In this document: positions 41,929-43,630 of the stretch, piece by piece
Position numbering within the stretch: the stretch's first letter is position 1
How the letters are laid out: every line of letters begins with the position of its first letter
Assembly: GCA_964496825.1 (NCBI GenBank)
Contig: CAZCBO010000002.1
Span: forward strand, 1 to 43,630
Direction of reading: 5' to 3'
Source: an uncultured Acidimicrobiaceae bacterium
GTDB lineage: Bacteria > Actinomycetota > Acidimicrobiia > Spongiisociales > UBA5794
DNA length: 43,630 bases
The notes under the pieces: generated by a model
Database searches by the model: none
What the model saw: only the letters and a program-made list of their open reading frames with translations
What the model was told of the DNA's origin: nothing
Made by a program: the position numbers and the translations under genes

Positions 41929-41974
41929 TTCTTGCGTAGCCACAGCCCGTATACGGGCTGTGGCTACGCAAGAA
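41929..41974. repeat. Palindromic repeat family, copy 3 (perfect 46-bp palindrome)
   Basis: TTCTTGCGTAGCCACAGCCCGTA|TACGGGCTGTGGCTACGCAAGAA. It lies 2 nt after the stop of the CcmG-like gene (41977-41979) and 7 nt before the DUF2277 ATG (41921). Confidence 0.95.
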
Positions 41975-41976
41975 CG

Positions 41977-42558
41977 TCAAGGCGTCTCCGTCTCCCCCGT
42001 CCGCACCGAATCAACGGCGTTGCCGAGCAGGATGTTGTCGAGGGTGCGGGCCAGCAGGTCGTAGCTCATCGGGCCGATCACCTTGCCGACGACGACCCCG
42101 TCCCTGTCGATGAAGAACGTCTCGGGCAGGCCGTGGACGCCGTAGGCGAAGGCAGCCAGCGACTTCTCATCGGTGGCGTACTCGTAGTGCTCGCCCCGGC
42201 CCAGCTCGTCGAGGAACGCCACTGCGGACCCGTGCTCGTCGAGGGTGTTGATCCCGAGGAAGGTGACGCCGAGGTCGGCATAGTCGTCGGAGGCGGCCAG
42301 CAACGCGGCGTGCTCCTGGCGGCAGCCGGTGCACCAGGCGGCCCAGAAGTTCACCACCACGATGTCGCCGACGAAGTCGCTGCTCCGCACGGTGCCCGGC
42401 CCGTCGAAGGCGGCCAGCTCGACGTCGGGCGCAGGCCTGCCGATGAGGGCGCTCTCCACGATGGTGGGATCCGAACCGAGGCTGCCGGCGAAGGCGATGC
42501 CGACGACGACGACGATCAGGCCGGCGACGATCACGGCCCAAACGATCCGGTTGCTCAC
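41977..42558 (-). CDS. Membrane-anchored thioredoxin-like thiol:disulfide oxidoreductase (CcmG/DsbE/ResA-like)
   Basis: N-terminal TM (IVWAVIVAGLIVVVVGIAF) plus a thioredoxin fold with VVNFWAAWCTGC (CxxC). A GTGA overlap links it to the upstream TPR gene. Confidence 0.8.
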   Translation of the reverse strand: MSNRIVWAVIVAGLIVVVVGIAFAGSLGSDPTIVESALIGRPAPDVELAAFDGPGTVRSSDFVGDIVVVNFWAAWCTGCRQEHAALLAASDDYADLGVTFLGINTLDEHGSAVAFLDELGRGEHYEYATDEKSLAAFAYGVHGLPETFFIDRDGVVVGKVIGPMSYDLLARTLDNILLGNAVDSVRTGETETP

Positions 42559-43289
42559 GAGCCGACCTCGGCCAGGAGCTGTTCTGCCTCTGCCCGCACT
42601 TCGTCGGGGATGTCGTAGCTGAGCAGCCTCCCGAGGGCGGCGACGGCGGCATCGGTGTCGCCCAGCGCGGCCTCGATGTTCGCCAGGAACCAGAGCGCCA
42701 GCGGGTAGTCGGGTGCGATCTCGAGGGCCTTTTCGACGAAGGGCTCTGCCAGCTCGGCCTCACCGGCCAGGTACGAGAGCCACCCGACCATGGCCAGGGC
42801 CTCGGGATGGTCGGGCTCCTGGTCGAGGATGGTGAGATAGTGGTCGAGGGCGCTGCTGTGGTCGCCGGCGTCGATGTAACGCTGGGCCAGCGCCAGCCGC
42901 ATCCCGATGATCGTGGGATTGGCGGCGACCACCTCCTCCATCTCCTCGATCGTCACCCCGGAGAGGTCCACACCGCCGGATCCCTCGAGGACTTCGGTGG
43001 CGACACCGTCGCTGACCTGACCGGCCGGCGTGTCATCCTGGAGCGACACGACCGCGAGGACCGCGATGACGACCGCACCGACGCCCAGGATCACGGCGCC
43101 GAGTGCGACTCGCCGCGGCGACCGGCCCTCCTCGACCTCGTCGGCGTCGACCAGCGCGGCGCGCTCCGCCTCGTAGGACTGCCGGAGACGGGCGGCGGTG
43201 GCCGGGTCGATCTCCCCTGCCTCGACCTGGGCGGCCACCTCGGCGAGGTCCCGGTCGACCTGCTCGATCTGGTCGAGGCGGTTGTCCAT
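42555..43289 (-). CDS. TPR-repeat protein with one TM helix (CcmI / CcmH C-terminal-domain-like)
   Basis: Trimmed to ATG 43289 (MDNRLDQ), sharing 1 nt with the ccmH stop. It has a coiled N-terminus, a TM helix (VALGAVILGVGAVVIAVLAVV) and TPR-like repeats (ALAQRYIDAGDHSSALDHYLTILDQEPDHPEALAMVGW...). Confidence 0.6.
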   Translation of the reverse strand: MDNRLDQIEQVDRDLAEVAAQVEAGEIDPATAARLRQSYEAERAALVDADEVEEGRSPRRVALGAVILGVGAVVIAVLAVVSLQDDTPAGQVSDGVATEVLEGSGGVDLSGVTIEEMEEVVAANPTIIGMRLALAQRYIDAGDHSSALDHYLTILDQEPDHPEALAMVGWLSYLAGEAELAEPFVEKALEIAPDYPLALWFLANIEAALGDTDAAVAALGRLLSYDIPDEVRAEAEQLLAEVGS

Positions 43290-43630
43290 CAGTCGCCCCC
43301 CGCGGCCACCGGCGCTCTTCTCCGTAGACCGTAGATGGCGATCCCCCCTACGACGGCCAGCAGCAGCGGCACCAGCCAGAGGGCGATACCCCATCCGCTG
43401 CCAGGCGGATCGAGCAACACCTGCTCCCCGTAATTCGCAACGAACATCGCCTCGATCTCGTCGTCGGTCGTTCCGGCGGCGATCTCCTCGGCGATCAAGC
43501 GGCGCAGATCAGCGGCGAGGTCGGTCTGGGAAGCAGCGATCGACTCACCGGCGCAGATCGGGCACTTGAGCGACGCGGCGAGCGCATGAGCTCGCGCCTC
43601 GGGGTCCCTGGCGGCATCGGAGGGCCAGAG
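43289..43630 (-). CDS. ccmH: Cytochrome c-type biogenesis protein CcmH/NrfF-like (5' end beyond the window)
   Basis: The frame is open from 43630: LWPSDAARDPEARAHALAASLKCPICAGESIAASQTDLAADLRRLIAEEIAAGTTDDEIEAMFVANYGEQVLLDPP...WLVPLLLAVVGGIAIY. This gives the CxxC haem-handling motif plus a C-terminal TM helix. The ORF track shows only the part from the internal TTG (43498). Confidence 0.75.
   Translation of the reverse strand, partial: LWPSDAARDPEARAHALAASLKCPICAGESIAASQTDLAADLRRLIAEEIAAGTTDDEIEAMFVANYGEQVLLDPPGSGWGIALWLVPLLLAVVGGIAIYGLRRRAPVAAGGD

Noticed and set aside
39106-42618. 1170-aa plus-strand ORF antisense to pepN, DUF2277 and the CcmG-like gene
   Set aside because: Same artefact. 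It spans three independently well-supported minus-strand genes and the palindrome between them. The product is an R/G/V/D/L-rich low-complexity sequence.

Overview
The window is 43.6 kb of visibly GC-rich DNA with strong G/C third-codon-position bias. It looks like a chromosomal core region of a high-GC Actinomycetota-type genome; the lineage call is inference, since no search was run. About 50 CDSs are packed tightly, mostly on the minus strand. I counted at least 14 start/stop overlaps of 4 nt (GTGA, ATGA or TTGA).

Recognisable content, left to right:
- a truncated response regulator
- two divergent class III nucleotidyl cyclases, one HAMP-linked and one fused to an alpha/beta-hydrolase
- the housekeeping block topA, tmk, holB and a plsC-like acyltransferase
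- a GT4 glycosyltransferase and a tandem histidine-phosphatase fusion
- the membrane pyrophosphatase hppA
- a Trk potassium-uptake operon (trkA, trkA, trkH)
- an LCP-family protein
- a complete actinobacterial Flp/Tad 'helicase/secretion neighbourhood' locus plus the divergent HAD gene
- an ArsR-MFS pair
- a long co-directional chain: System I ccm genes, DUF2277, pepN, an OYE flavoenzyme, hutH, hutU, hutI, a GDPD, a MOSC protein and a nitrobindin-like protein

I saw no rRNA, tRNA, CRISPR array, transposase or integrase.

Structure the gene list does not explain:
1. A three-copy family of 46-48 bp palindromes (TTCTTGCGTA...GCCCGTATACGGGC...TACGCAAGAA) sits 2-3 nt from stop codons. Its outer arms are invariant and its inner arms covary.
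2. A 69-bp inverted repeat built from 7-nt units fills the hutU-hutI spacer.
3. A 48-codon membrane ORF, too short for the ORF track, is wedged exactly between trkA and trkH.
4. TANNNT hexamers recur 5-8 nt upstream of the start codons of operon-first genes, which is leaderless-type architecture.
5. The CpaE/Ssd-like protein of the Tad locus is truncated and has no P-loop.

All product names come from motif recognition by eye. No database search, folding or statistics were run.
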